Shown in pieces: positions 17,099 through 26,314 of a DNA stretch of 33,311 bases. The DNA is taken from IMG/VR virus record IMGVR_UViG_2778261498_000008, positions 1 through 33,311 of that record; one strand, written 5' to 3'. The notes under the pieces are model-generated. The model searched no databases. It was not told the origin of the DNA and was given only the letters and a program-made list of their open reading frames with translations. The position numbers and the translations under genes were made by a program. Source of the stretch: a virus (lineage: Duplodnaviria; Heunggongvirae; Uroviricota; Caudoviricetes). Numbering within the stretch: the stretch's first letter is position 1; each line of letters begins with the position of its first letter.

Positions 17099-17899
17099 AT
17101 GATTACCCCTGCACAGCAACACTGGCAGAACGTGATGGCGCAGCGCGCAGGCCGGGCGAATGAAGGCGTGGATCACGCCGCACGTACCGCGCATGAAGAG
17201 GTGCTGTATCGTCTGCGTCTGGCACAGGCCCGACTTAAGGGCGTACAGGCCAGAAGCGCCAAAGCCGCCATCAAAAAAGAGTTGTTACCGGACTTTTCCG
17301 GCTGGATTGAAGGAACGCTGGAGGCTGACGGCGGGCAGCAGGATGAGGTGATTGCCACGCTGATGGTGTGGGCGATTGACTGTGGCGATCTTCCGCTGGC
17401 ATTGCGTATTGGTGCGTATGTGGTCCGTCACAACCTCATCATGCCGGATAACTTTGGCCGTACTGCTGCCACAGTGCTGACCGAAGAAATCTGCAACCCG
17501 GTACTGACGCAGGCCGGGACGGATGCCGACGCGGATTTGTCCGCCTTTATCGAACCACTGGACACCCTCCGGGAGATTGTCACCGACCAGGATATGCCGG
17601 ACGAAGTACGCGCCAAATTATGCAAGGCGTGCGCCTTTGCCCGCCGTGGCCTGAGCGATGCGGACAGCATGGCCCTGTCACTGAAGCTGCTGCGCGAAGC
17701 GATGCACCTGAACCCGAACGCAGGTGTGAAACGCGAGATTGCAACCCTTTCCCGCGCCCTGAAAAAAGCCGATTCCGCAGCCGCCCCAGATGACGCCAGC
17801 GCACAGCAGGCGCAGGACGAAAGCAGCAAAAGTAAAAAGACAACGCGGAAGCCTGCAACACGAAAAACCACCGCGACGCAGAAGGCGAAGCGCGTTTAA
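17099..17899 (+). CDS. M: Terminase small (endonuclease) subunit (P2 gpM family)
   Basis: Position after N and length consistent with gpM; Ala-rich C-terminal tail. Confidence 0.85.
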   Translation: MITPAQQHWQNVMAQRAGRANEGVDHAARTAHEEVLYRLRLAQARLKGVQARSAKAAIKKELLPDFSGWIEGTLEADGGQQDEVIATLMVWAIDCGDLPLALRIGAYVVRHNLIMPDNFGRTAATVLTEEICNPVLTQAGTDADADLSAFIEPLDTLREIVTDQDMPDEVRAKLCKACAFARRGLSDADSMALSLKLLREAMHLNPNAGVKREIATLSRALKKADSAAAPDDASAQQAQDESSKSKKTTRKPATRKTTATQKAKRV

Positions 17900-18000
17900 C
17901 GACTGACCCCGTCAGCGGGCGGCGTGCACGGTGTTCCGGTTTGACTCCGTGACCGTTTACACCGCGCACCCACCGCCCGATTTTTTCAGGAGTGAACCCC

Positions 18001-18495
18001 ATGAGTATGGTTGCCAGAACTGACCCCAGACCCGCAGAGGACGACATCACCGATACCGATGATGGCGACACTCGCATTTCAGCGGGCGCATTCTGGCCGG
18101 ATATTGTGCTGCGAGATCTGCGTCTGGCGGTACGACTGCCGGGGCGTGTGACCACCTCCCGCCTGCTGCATACCGCCACCGGGGCCGTGGCACACGTTAT
18201 CCGCGAGCTGGAAGCGTGGCAGCAGGAACAGCAGGCGGCTGGCCATCAGACGCTGGCCGATGTTCCGGCACCCGTAATTAACGGAGAAAGCGTCAATCTC
18301 TGGCACTGGCGTAATGCCGTTTATACCGCCACACGCGCCCTGATTCTGGAGCGTTACCGCGATGCGGACACAACGGATAAAGGCGAGCGCCGGGCAGACG
18401 CACTGGACGCACAGGCTGCGGATCTGTGGCGCGATGTGAGCTGGGCCATCTCTGACATTCTGTGCCGCCCGCGAATCTTTGCGGAGTTGTGCTGA
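18001..18495 (+). CDS. L: Head completion/stabilisation protein (P2 gpL family)
   Basis: C-terminal LWRDVSWAISDILCRPRI matches the gpL pattern as recalled. ATG 18001 with AGGAG SD chosen; the track start at 17992 is a GTG. Confidence 0.85.
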   Translation: MSMVARTDPRPAEDDITDTDDGDTRISAGAFWPDIVLRDLRLAVRLPGRVTTSRLLHTATGAVAHVIRELEAWQQEQQAAGHQTLADVPAPVINGESVNLWHWRNAVYTATRALILERYRDADTTDKGERRADALDAQAADLWRDVSWAISDILCRPRIFAELC

Positions 18496-18695
18496 TGAAA
18501 GTGAAGGCACTGGAAGGCGACACCGTGGATTCGCTCTGTTTCCGGTACTACGGCACGACGCAGGGCGTCACCGAAAAGGTGCTGGATGCCAACCCCGGAC
18601 TCTGTCAGCAGGTATTTCTGGACGCCGGGCAGGAGGTGGAGATGCCGGAGCCGGAGAAGAAGAAACGAGAAATGATTCAGTTGTGGGGGGAGTAG
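18495..18695 (+). CDS. X: Tail protein X (P2 gpX family)
   Basis: 66-aa product MKVKALEGDTVDSLCFRYYGTTQGV...ANPGL matches P2 gpX as recalled; ATGA-coupled to L. Confidence 0.8.
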   Translation: MKVKALEGDTVDSLCFRYYGTTQGVTEKVLDANPGLCQQVFLDAGQEVEMPEPEKKKREMIQLWGE

Positions 18696-18697
18696 CA

Positions 18698-19021
18698 GTG
18701 AGCACCATTCAAACAGGGATCACAGAGCAGGTTATTGCGTGGCTCTTTGACCACCTGCCAACGGTGTATGCAGTAGGCGCGGCGGTCAGCATTTCCGCGC
18801 TGATGAGTCTTTATGACGGACGAACACTGGTTCAGACCGTAACGGGATCGCTGGCGTGCGGCGTTCTTGCCATGGCCGTGGCCGGGTCGTTGCGCTTCTT
18901 CGGGTTTCCTGAAGATGCCGTGACGTTTATCGGCGCATCAATCGGTTTTATGGGTGCAGAGAAAGCACGCGACAAGGTTATTGCGGCCTTTAATCGCAGG
19001 GTGAAGGAGAAGGACGAATGA
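18698..19021 (+). CDS. Putative holin
   Basis: Small protein with hydrophobic TM segments and a charged C-terminus, directly upstream of the endolysin. GTG start at 18698 with GGGGGA SD; the start codon is uncertain. Confidence 0.55.
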   Translation: MSTIQTGITEQVIAWLFDHLPTVYAVGAAVSISALMSLYDGRTLVQTVTGSLACGVLAMAVAGSLRFFGFPEDAVTFIGASIGFMGAEKARDKVIAAFNRRVKEKDE

Positions 19022-19410
19022 GCAACACATTTAAATTCAGCAGCCGGAGCGAAAAGAATTTGCAGGGCGTAAATCCTGATCTGGTGAAAGTGACCCGACG
19101 GGCACTGGAAATCTCGGAAGTGGATTTTGGTATCACCGAAGGGTTGCGCAGCCGTTACCGCCAGAAGCAACTGGTGGCCACGGGTAAGAGCCAGACCATG
19201 AACAGCCGCCACCTTACGGGGCATGCCGTGGATGTTGTGGCTTATATCGGCAGCCAGGTGTCATGGGAATGGCCGCTGTACGAAAAAATCGCAGCAGCAT
19301 TCAGACAGGCCAGCCGGGAACTGAATATTCCGGTGGAATGGGGCGGCGACTGGAAGACCCTGAAAGACGGACCGCATTTTCAGTTACCACACGGAGCCTA
19401 TCCGGCATGA
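19018..19410 (+). CDS. Endolysin, peptidase M15-like (Zn-dependent cell-wall peptidase)
   Basis: Contains SRHLTGHAVDV and a later His (HFQLPHG) resembling VanY/M15-type zinc-binding motifs; ATGA-coupled between holin and spanin genes. Confidence 0.7.
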   Translation: MSNTFKFSSRSEKNLQGVNPDLVKVTRRALEISEVDFGITEGLRSRYRQKQLVATGKSQTMNSRHLTGHAVDVVAYIGSQVSWEWPLYEKIAAAFRQASRELNIPVEWGGDWKTLKDGPHFQLPHGAYPA

Positions 19411-19814
19411 AGCTCTGGCCCACGCTGGGCGTCGCTTTCCTTCTGATTGCCGCATGGGGAACATCCATGCGTCTGTCGTGGTCGCTGGGCCGGGAGAACG
19501 CCAGAAACGAAGCGCAGGCCAGCGCCCTGAAAAGTACCGCCGACACCCTGAATATCATCAGCACCGGGGTACAGGATATGCAGCAGGTGCTGGCGCAACT
19601 CCGCGTGGAAAATCAACAGCGAAATCAGGACGGAGAGGCCAGACGTGAACAGCTACGCAACGATATTGCAAAAGATGAATGCGCCCACGCTTTGCCTGAC
19701 GCTCGTTTTACTGACAGGTTGCGCAGGCACGCAGAACGCGCCACGGCCAGCGCCGTCAGTCCGGCTTATACCGCAGACGCTGACCATACCAGTAATGCCT
19801 CCCCCCTTCCCTGA
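19407..19814 (+). CDS. Inner-membrane spanin component (Rz/LysB-like)
   Basis: N-terminal TM helix (MKLWPTLGVAFLLIAAW) followed by a charged coiled-coil-like region; overlapped in another frame by the o-spanin. Confidence 0.55.
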   Translation: MKLWPTLGVAFLLIAAWGTSMRLSWSLGRENARNEAQASALKSTADTLNIISTGVQDMQQVLAQLRVENQQRNQDGEARREQLRNDIAKDECAHALPDARFTDRLRRHAERATASAVSPAYTADADHTSNASPLP

Positions 19815-19965
19815 TACTCCCACATGGGGAAATCTCGGTATATGGGGCGACCGCCTTCTGGATGCACTGGAAACCTGTAACGCGGATAAACGGGCCATTG
19901 AATTACTGGAACAGCGCAGGCTGCAACGACTGAACAACGAGGACAACAACCATGCTGAAAACTGA
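19675..19965 (+). CDS. Outer-membrane lipoprotein spanin component (Rz1/LysC-like)
   Basis: Lipobox LLTGC followed by a proline-rich segment, partly embedded in the i-spanin gene. ATG 19675; an upstream in-frame GTG at 19645 is an alternative start. Confidence 0.55.
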   Translation: MNAPTLCLTLVLLTGCAGTQNAPRPAPSVRLIPQTLTIPVMPPPFPDTPTWGNLGIWGDRLLDALETCNADKRAIELLEQRRLQRLNNEDNNHAEN

Positions 19966-20419
19966 TTCCCTGCGTGAAGCCATGACCCGTTCATGCCGAT
20001 GGTGTCAGGCCAACCCGGAAAAATTCACCATTTTCGTGGAGAGCGGCAACATTGAAACGACCGGAGAAACGCCCTCGTTTGTTTACCGCTATCAGATGGT
20101 GATGTTTGTCATGGATTACGCCGGGGAGCTGGACGACCTCACGCTGCCGCTACTGGCGTGGTTATCCGAAAATCAGCCACAGTTGTTGCTCAATCCGGAG
20201 CGTAATCAGGACATCAAATTCTCCGCCGTTATCAATGACGATGACAGCGCCGATCTCCTGTTTACGCTCCCTCTGCAGGAACGCGTTCGCATCACGCGCA
20301 GCAGTCAGGGCACGCCGCAGGCAGAACACCTGCCGGAGCCAAAACCCCGCCTGCCATCTTCCGAAGGCGACTGGTCGCATGTATTCCAGGATGTGACGTG
20401 GGGTGAAAGCGATGGATAA
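19952..20419 (+). CDS. R: Tail completion protein (P2 gpR family)
   Basis: MLKTDSLREAMT N-terminus and LLAWLSENQP block match P2 gpR as recalled. Confidence 0.8.
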   Translation: MLKTDSLREAMTRSCRWCQANPEKFTIFVESGNIETTGETPSFVYRYQMVMFVMDYAGELDDLTLPLLAWLSENQPQLLLNPERNQDIKFSAVINDDDSADLLFTLPLQERVRITRSSQGTPQAEHLPEPKPRLPSSEGDWSHVFQDVTWGESDG

Positions 20420-21047
20420 GGCATTCACCCGCGTGGATGAAACCTTTGAGGCCATCCGCGACAGCCTGAATCAGCAGGCCATCAATAACATCGCCAGAAA
20501 GCTGGCACAGGATTTACGCCGCGCCCAGCAGGCGCGTATCCGGTCACAGAAAGCGCCGGACGGGACCGCGTGGACACCACGCAGACGCCGCGTAACCCGG
20601 ATACAGGAACGCATTCGCTTTATCTGGAATAACGAAGCACGCACGCTGAAAAACTGGCATCACGACACGGGGAAATACGGGCGAACCATTACCGGGTGGG
20701 ATGAGGATAAAAATAATATCCGCACGTTTTACCGGGATGACATCGACCGTTTTCTGGAAATACGCACCCGGCGCATCAACCAGGACAGCACAAAGCGCGT
20801 CCCCATGTTCGTAAAACTGCGCACCGCCCGCTACCTGAAAGCCCGTGCAGATGCTTCCGGTGTGACGGTGGGTTACAGCGGCGTGGCCGCACGTATTGCC
20901 CGCGTTCATCAGTTCGGTGAGCGCGATCAGGTTGCGCCGGGCATTTTCACCGATTACCCGGTACGTGAGCTGTTGGGTATCAGCCAGGCAGATGAGCGCC
21001 TGATTTATAACACGGTGCTGGGCCGGATTGCGGAGGCTGTACGGTGA
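20412..21047 (+). CDS. S: Tail completion / virion morphogenesis protein (P2 gpS family)
   Basis: Follows R with an 8-nt overlap; ATG 20412 (track start 20403 is GTG). Longer than P2 gpS as recalled. Confidence 0.75.
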   Translation: MDKAFTRVDETFEAIRDSLNQQAINNIARKLAQDLRRAQQARIRSQKAPDGTAWTPRRRRVTRIQERIRFIWNNEARTLKNWHHDTGKYGRTITGWDEDKNNIRTFYRDDIDRFLEIRTRRINQDSTKRVPMFVKLRTARYLKARADASGVTVGYSGVAARIARVHQFGERDQVAPGIFTDYPVRELLGISQADERLIYNTVLGRIAEAVR

Positions 21048-21625
21048 GCGCAGAACTCATGCGACTGCTGAGCAATATCATCCGCACCGGGATCATCTCT
21101 GAAGTTGATGAGAAGTCCTGGCGCGTGCGCGTTCGCAGCGGCGAACTGGAAACAGGCTGGCTGCGCTGGAACACCACGCGCGCGGGAGCCTTCAATGTGT
21201 GGCTGCCGCCATCACCAGGCGAACAGGTGGTAATTGCCTGCATTGGCGGCAACCCGGAAACCGCCATGATAATTGGCAGCCTGTGGAGTGATGCCAATCC
21301 GGCACCCGGCAAAAGCCTGAAAGAAATCGTGATCAGCGCGCCGGACGGCGCGGTGTTCCGCTACGACGCGGACGCTGGCGCACTGAGCGCCAGCGGCATG
21401 AAAACGGCCACTTTACAGGCATCCGTCAGCGTGAAACTGGATACGCCCGTCGTGGAATGCACAAACCTTCTGAGAACGGCGACGCTTGACGTCACAAAAG
21501 GAGGAAAGATGAGCGGCAATATCACGCACAGCGGCGGCAACTTCACCTCAAACGGCATTACCGTGCATACGCATAAACACGGTGGCGTGAAAGGCGGCAG
21601 CGATTCGACAGGAGGCCCGCAGTGA
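21044..21625 (+). CDS. V: Baseplate spike protein (P2 gpV family)
   Basis: IIRTGIISEVD and C-terminal GNITHSGGNFTSNGITVHTHKHGG match gpV as recalled. GTG start at 21044; ATG at 21059 is an alternative. Confidence 0.85.
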   Translation: MSAELMRLLSNIIRTGIISEVDEKSWRVRVRSGELETGWLRWNTTRAGAFNVWLPPSPGEQVVIACIGGNPETAMIIGSLWSDANPAPGKSLKEIVISAPDGAVFRYDADAGALSASGMKTATLQASVSVKLDTPVVECTNLLRTATLDVTKGGKMSGNITHSGGNFTSNGITVHTHKHGGVKGGSDSTGGPQ

Positions 21626-21972
21626 CAACCCGCTACACAGGAATGAACCCGGACGGGACGGGAAACCTGAACGATATGGAGCACCTGAAACAGTCAGTCA
21701 GGGACATCCTGACCACCCCGCTGGCAAGCCGGGTTATGCGACGGGAATATGGCAGCCTTGTGCCTGATTTGATTGACGAACCCATGAATAACACCACGCG
21801 TCTGCAATGCATGAGTGCTGCCGTGATTGCGCTGACACGATGGGAACCCCGCATTGCCCTGGACGCCATCGACGTTGTCTGGAAAGCGGGAGGCCGCGCC
21901 GGGGTGACGCTGTCGGGCACTGTCATGCAGACCATGCAGAATGTTGAATTAACCATCACGCTGAGGGAGTAA
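21622..21972 (+). CDS. W: Baseplate wedge protein (P2 gpW family)
   Basis: MTTRYTGMN...RVMRREYGSL matches P2 gpW as recalled; GTG start with AGGAGG SD. Confidence 0.85.
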   Translation: MTTRYTGMNPDGTGNLNDMEHLKQSVRDILTTPLASRVMRREYGSLVPDLIDEPMNNTTRLQCMSAAVIALTRWEPRIALDAIDVVWKAGGRAGVTLSGTVMQTMQNVELTITLRE

Positions 21973-21975
21973 ATC

Positions 21976-22872
21976 ATGCCCGCCGTTGACCTTTCACAGT
22001 TACCGGAACCCGCCATCATCGCGGAGCCTGACTTTGAGGCAATTCTGGCTGACACAAAGGCCATGATGATTGCGTCCTATCCTGCCGAACAGCGTGAAGC
22101 CGTCTCCGCCGCGCTGGAGCTGGAATCGGAACCCCTGAACGTTATCGCTCAAACCATGTCTTTTCGTGAAATGCTGTTACGCCAGCGGGTTAACGAGGGC
22201 GCACGCGCCTGCATGTTAAGCCACGGTTCAGGGACAAACCTGGACAACCTCGCGGGCAATATGAACACAAAGCGCCTGGTTATCACTCCGGCAACGGATA
22301 CCACCGACGCGGTGATGGAGAGCGACACCTCGCTGAGATTGCGGGCGCAACGGGCGTATGACGGCCTGAGTGTTGCTGGCCCGTCAGGTGCATACGAGTA
22401 TTTTGCACGCAGCGCCAGCGGTCTGGTGCGTGATGCGCGGGCCATCAGCCCGTCTCCGGCCTGTGTGACGGTCTCCATCCTGTCCACTGAAGGCGACGGC
22501 ACAGCAACGGAGGCGTTGCTTAATACCGTTCGCGCCGTTCTGAATGCAGAGGATACCCGCCCGGTGGCCGACCGCCTGACCGTACAGAGCGCCAGAATCG
22601 TGACATGGCGGCTGAATGCAAAACTGTACTTTTACCCCGGCCCGGAATCTGAACCTATTCTTGCGGCGGCGGAATCGTCGTTCAGGAAGTGGCTGGCTGA
22701 GCAGGGGCTTATCGGTCAGGACGTGGCGTTGTCCGCCATTGCTGCCGCACTGCATGTGCACGGAGTGCAGCGTGTGGAGATAACCGAACCCACGCAGAAC
22801 ATAGTTATCAGCGACACCCAGGCAGCGCGCTGTGAGTCATTCAGTATCAGCGAGGGCGGGCGCAATGAGTGA
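21976..22872 (+). CDS. J: Baseplate protein (P2 gpJ family)
   Basis: 298-aa product in the V-W-J-I order, length as P2 gpJ. Confidence 0.85.
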   Translation: MPAVDLSQLPEPAIIAEPDFEAILADTKAMMIASYPAEQREAVSAALELESEPLNVIAQTMSFREMLLRQRVNEGARACMLSHGSGTNLDNLAGNMNTKRLVITPATDTTDAVMESDTSLRLRAQRAYDGLSVAGPSGAYEYFARSASGLVRDARAISPSPACVTVSILSTEGDGTATEALLNTVRAVLNAEDTRPVADRLTVQSARIVTWRLNAKLYFYPGPESEPILAAAESSFRKWLAEQGLIGQDVALSAIAAALHVHGVQRVEITEPTQNIVISDTQAARCESFSISEGGRNE

Positions 22873-23395
22873 TTCGCTGTTACCGCCATCAGCCAGTAAT
22901 TTCATGCGTTGTGCCGAAGCCGTCGGAACACGCATTACAGGCATTCCGGTAGACCTCAATACGCTGTGGTCGCCGGACACCTGCCCGGTGCATCTGCTGC
23001 CCTATCTCGCCTGGGCGTTTTCCGTTGACCGCTGGGATCGCAACTGGCCGGAAGAGACAAAGCGACAGGTGATTCGTGACGCATGGCTGATACACCGACA
23101 CAAAGGGACCATCAGCGCACTGCGCCGGGCCATTGAGCCGCTGGGATACCTCATTCGCGTGTCTGAATGGTGGGAGTTCGGCGGGGAACCGGGAACATTT
23201 ACCGTTGAAGTCGGCACACTGGACAGCGGCGTGACGGAGGAAATGTATCTGGAAATGGAGCGGTTGATTGCTGATGCCCGCCCGGTCAGCCGCCACCTGA
23301 CAGGGCTGAATCTCATTCAGGAGATCCAGGGGGATATTTTTGCGGCGGCAGCAACTTACGACGGTGAAGTCACCACCATTTATCCGGACGATTAA
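22865..23395 (+). CDS. I: Baseplate protein (P2 gpI family)
   Basis: Strong match to P2 gpI as recalled (LLPYLAWAFSVDRWD, HKGTI, WWEFGGEPGTF, EMERLIADA). ATG 22865 overlaps the J stop. Confidence 0.9.
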   Translation: MSDSLLPPSASNFMRCAEAVGTRITGIPVDLNTLWSPDTCPVHLLPYLAWAFSVDRWDRNWPEETKRQVIRDAWLIHRHKGTISALRRAIEPLGYLIRVSEWWEFGGEPGTFTVEVGTLDSGVTEEMYLEMERLIADARPVSRHLTGLNLIQEIQGDIFAAAATYDGEVTTIYPDD

Positions 23396-23397
23396 GC

Positions 23398-24762
23398 ATG
23401 AGTACCACGATACGAAAATTTAAAACCATTATCACTGATACTGGTGCCAAAAAATTAGCTCAGGCAGCCGCGCCAGATGGTAAGCCAGTCCGCCTGACAC
23501 ATATGGCCGTGGGCGACGGTGGCGGCACGTTGCCCACACCAGACAGCAAGCAGACCCACCTTGTGCATGAGGTGTGGAGACATACCGTTAATCGCATCAC
23601 CCAGGACACAACACATCAGAACCGCATTATTGCGGAGCTGGTTATTCCCCCTGAAACGGGCGGATTCTGGATCCGGGAAATTGGTGTATTTGATGAGCAC
23701 GGCGATTTGATCGCGGTGGGCAATACTGCCGAAAGTTACAAGCCAACCGTTGCCGAAGGGTCCGGACGTGCACAAACATTCCGCATAATTCTGTCCATAT
23801 CCACTGCAGCAATAGTGGAACTGACGATAGACAAAAGCACAGCGATGGCCTCCATGGATTACGTGGATGAAGCAATCAAAGAACACGAAAAATCCCGTAA
23901 TCACCCTGACGCAACCCTGTCAGAAAAAGGTTTTGTCAGACTTAGTAATGATACTGACAGTGACAGCGAGACAGAAGCCGCAACCCCTGCCGCTATAAAG
24001 AAGGCTATAAAAATTGCAAGTGAAAAATTTACCGTACAGGACGCAACCACAACACAAAAAGGTATTGTTCAGTTAAGTAACGATACTGACAGTGAAAGCG
24101 AAACAGAAGCTGCAACTCCCAAAGCAGTCAAGGCTGCATATGACCTGGCCGACGGGAAATATACTGCGCAGGATGCCACCACGACACAAAAAGGTATTGT
24201 TCAGTTAAGTAGCGATACTGACAGTGAAAGCGAAACGGAAGCTGCCACACCAAAGGCGGTTAAGGCGATTAAAGCTGCTCTTGATAAAAAACAACCACTG
24301 AATGACATGCTGACGGCACTAAGTAAATTAATGCCTGCCGGAAATGCATTTCCGTATTTTGACGCGGATAAAAAGATTAGTCTGGCAAGCATTTCAGAAA
24401 TTGCCAGACAGTTTATTTCGCTCGATACACTCTATTCCATGCAGGAATTTCTGGTGACGCCTGATCTAATAGCAAGGCGAATCAGATCGCATAGTGCGAC
24501 CTTTGAACCTGATGTTGGTAATGTATTTCTTGCCGCATATATGAGGCCAGCAGATGATTTCACTATGACAGCCCGTGGCCGCATGGTAGATGGTCGTTAT
24601 TTAAGGGATATTAATATTGAATTAAAGCCCGACATGAAAACGCTGATATTTAATGTTGATGATATTGGTACAAGCTCATTCCCTGGCAGTTACGCTGCAC
24701 TGTACGGATATATAGGTGCAATAACCGGATACGAAATTGGCCTCTTTATCAGATTCGCATAA
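23398..24762 (+). CDS. H: Tail fibre protein (P2 gpH-like N-terminus, fibre repeats, divergent C-terminal domain)
   Basis: Conserved N-terminal baseplate-attachment region, three tandem copies of the phage tail-fibre repeat (QKGIVQLSxDTDSESETEAATPKAVK), then an AT-rich distinct C-terminal domain. 454 aa, shorter than P2 gpH as recalled. Confidence 0.85.
   Translation: MSTTIRKFKTIITDTGAKKLAQAAAPDGKPVRLTHMAVGDGGGTLPTPDSKQTHLVHEVWRHTVNRITQDTTHQNRIIAELVIPPETGGFWIREIGVFDEHGDLIAVGNTAESYKPTVAEGSGRAQTFRIILSISTAAIVELTIDKSTAMASMDYVDEAIKEHEKSRNHPDATLSEKGFVRLSNDTDSDSETEAATPAAIKKAIKIASEKFTVQDATTTQKGIVQLSNDTDSESETEAATPKAVKAAYDLADGKYTAQDATTTQKGIVQLSSDTDSESETEAATPKAVKAIKAALDKKQPLNDMLTALSKLMPAGNAFPYFDADKKISLASISEIARQFISLDTLYSMQEFLVTPDLIARRIRSHSATFEPDVGNVFLAAYMRPADDFTMTARGRMVDGRYLRDINIELKPDMKTLIFNVDDIGTSSFPGSYAALYGYIGAITGYEIGLFIRFA
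23923..24300 (+). repeat. Three tandem ~132-bp (44-codon) repeats inside the tail-fibre gene
   Basis: Units begin at about 23923, 24055 and 24187 with near-identical DNA (ggtattgttcagttaagt...gatactgacagtgaaagcgaaac). Confidence 0.7.
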
Positions 24763-24782
24763 TGAAAAAGGTGGTTAGATAG

Positions 24783-25358
24783 ATGAATATTTTGTCAATT
24801 AAAAATCCGGTTTACATATCTCATGACGCGATCAGTTGTCAGGTGTTGTTTGAAGGGGAAACAGAGTTTATCCCATACACCGCAACCGCCACAGATACCG
24901 CAGCAACAGGCCGGGCCGTCTGGCAGGCGCTTCAGGATGGCCTTGCCGGAGAAATTGCACCGTTTGTGATGACAGAAGCGCAGCTGGAGCGCATCCGTCA
25001 GAGTAAGCATGATGAAATCAGTCGCTGGCGTGATGACCAGGAAAACGCCGGAATTATTTTTGAGTGGAATGGCCACCGCTGGGACGGTGGAAAAATTTCA
25101 CGAAGCCGCCTGGCACCGGTGATTGCTGTGGCACAGGCGGGTGCGCTTCCGGCGGGCTTTTTCTGGACTGACGCGGATAACCAGGACGTCACCCTCACGC
25201 CGGAAGAGCTGGTACAGCTGGACGCTGCCATGTTGCAGGCGATGGTTATCCGTGGTTTTCAGATACACGAACGCCAGCGGCAGATGAAAGAGGACGTGGC
25301 AGGACTGGACAGTGCCGACGCCGTTCGCCGTTATGTTGTGGGATGGGGCGATGAGTAA
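24783..25358 (+). CDS. Putative tail fibre assembly chaperone (gpG position)
   Basis: 191-aa ORF immediately downstream of the fibre gene; assigned by position and size; no sequence motif verified. Confidence 0.6.
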   Translation: MNILSIKNPVYISHDAISCQVLFEGETEFIPYTATATDTAATGRAVWQALQDGLAGEIAPFVMTEAQLERIRQSKHDEISRWRDDQENAGIIFEWNGHRWDGGKISRSRLAPVIAVAQAGALPAGFFWTDADNQDVTLTPEELVQLDAAMLQAMVIRGFQIHERQRQMKEDVAGLDSADAVRRYVVGWGDE

Positions 25359-25728
25359 ATTCACCACTCCTGCCGTGCTGGAAATGCTCGATGATTACCG
25401 CTGGCGACTGGTTGAGCCGTTTGAGTTCTGGCTGACGGATAACCCCGTGGATGTGATTGCGGTTCCTGCGGGGTATGTCACAGACCTTGCCAGCGTACCG
25501 CGCATTCTCTGGTCGGTATTTCCGCCACACGGTCGTTACGCCAAAGCGGCGATTATTCACGACTGGCTGTACGACAACGCGCTGCGGACAAAGCACGAAG
25601 CGGACAAGATATTTCTTGATGCGATGTGTGTACTGGGTGTTCCCCGCTGGCGCAGGATGCTGATGTATTGTGCGGTCAGATTGTTCGGACGGGGAAATTA
25701 CTTTCGGGAAAAAATTACCCACCTCTGA
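25351..25728 (+). CDS. DUF1353-like hypothetical protein at the Z/fun position
   Basis: 125-aa ORF overlapping the stop of the preceding gene; between the fibre module and the tail block where P2 carries Z/fun. Family assignment is from memory and weak. Confidence 0.5.
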   Translation: MSKFTTPAVLEMLDDYRWRLVEPFEFWLTDNPVDVIAVPAGYVTDLASVPRILWSVFPPHGRYAKAAIIHDWLYDNALRTKHEADKIFLDAMCVLGVPRWRRMLMYCAVRLFGRGNYFREKITHL

Positions 25729-25778
25729 AACTGAGATATAAAATGATTTTATATCAACAGGTTATTATGTGTGACAAT

Positions 25779-25801
25779 AAAGCGCGGATATACCGCGCTT
25801 T
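25779..25801. terminator. Perfect 9-bp hairpin AAAGCGCGG-atata-CCGCGCTTT between convergent genes
   Basis: Read directly; lies between the DUF1353-like gene (+) and gpU (-), flanked by A/T runs, so likely a bidirectional terminator. Confidence 0.55.
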
Positions 25802-25812
25802 CCAGTAATAAA

Positions 25813-26307
25813 TTAAAAAAAACCTTTTATCGCACCGGAGACACCATTCATAGCTGATGAAGCCCCACTCTTAAACCTGCTCAACATATCACTGAACGAT
25901 GAGGATTGCAGGCGTTCGCGCATGTCCTCATCACAGCGTTGCAGCGTCAGTGAAAATTCTATCTTTTTCGCCTTACCGTAGCGGTCAAATTCAGAGCGCG
26001 TAATATTCTGGCCGGTCAGAACATACATACCGTAGATTTGCCCAACACCATCAATCAGGGGCCACGGAAGCCCGGTATAGGCCTGCGTGGTTAACAGTGT
26101 AAGGGACACCTCACCGCCCGTAATTTCAGGGTAAAGCACACCGGAAAGCGTGATCTGATCTTCCCCTGCCCCGATATACTGCCAGCTTGCTGAACGGTTT
26201 ATCCGCTCATTCTTCACATGCCGCCAGCTCCTGCTCTGCTGCAACTGCTGATGAGGCAGCGTGCGCAGCTCAAAAACAAACATGCCGTAGATCATCATCA
26301 TGGTCAT
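25813..26307 (-). CDS. U: Tail protein U (P2 gpU family)
   Basis: ATG at 26305-26307 (MTMMMIYGMFVFE...), 7 nt downstream of the tape-measure stop on the same strand. The track ORF extends upstream over T in another frame and was trimmed. Confidence 0.8.
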   Translation of the reverse strand: MTMMMIYGMFVFELRTLPHQQLQQSRSWRHVKNERINRSASWQYIGAGEDQITLSGVLYPEITGGEVSLTLLTTQAYTGLPWPLIDGVGQIYGMYVLTGQNITRSEFDRYGKAKKIEFSLTLQRCDEDMRERLQSSSFSDMLSRFKSGASSAMNGVSGAIKGFF

Positions 26308-26314
26308 GACTCCT

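Noticed and set aside
17580-18179. 199-aa minus-strand ORF across the M/L genes
   Set aside because: Antisense to capsid-module genes; Arg-rich low-complexity product.
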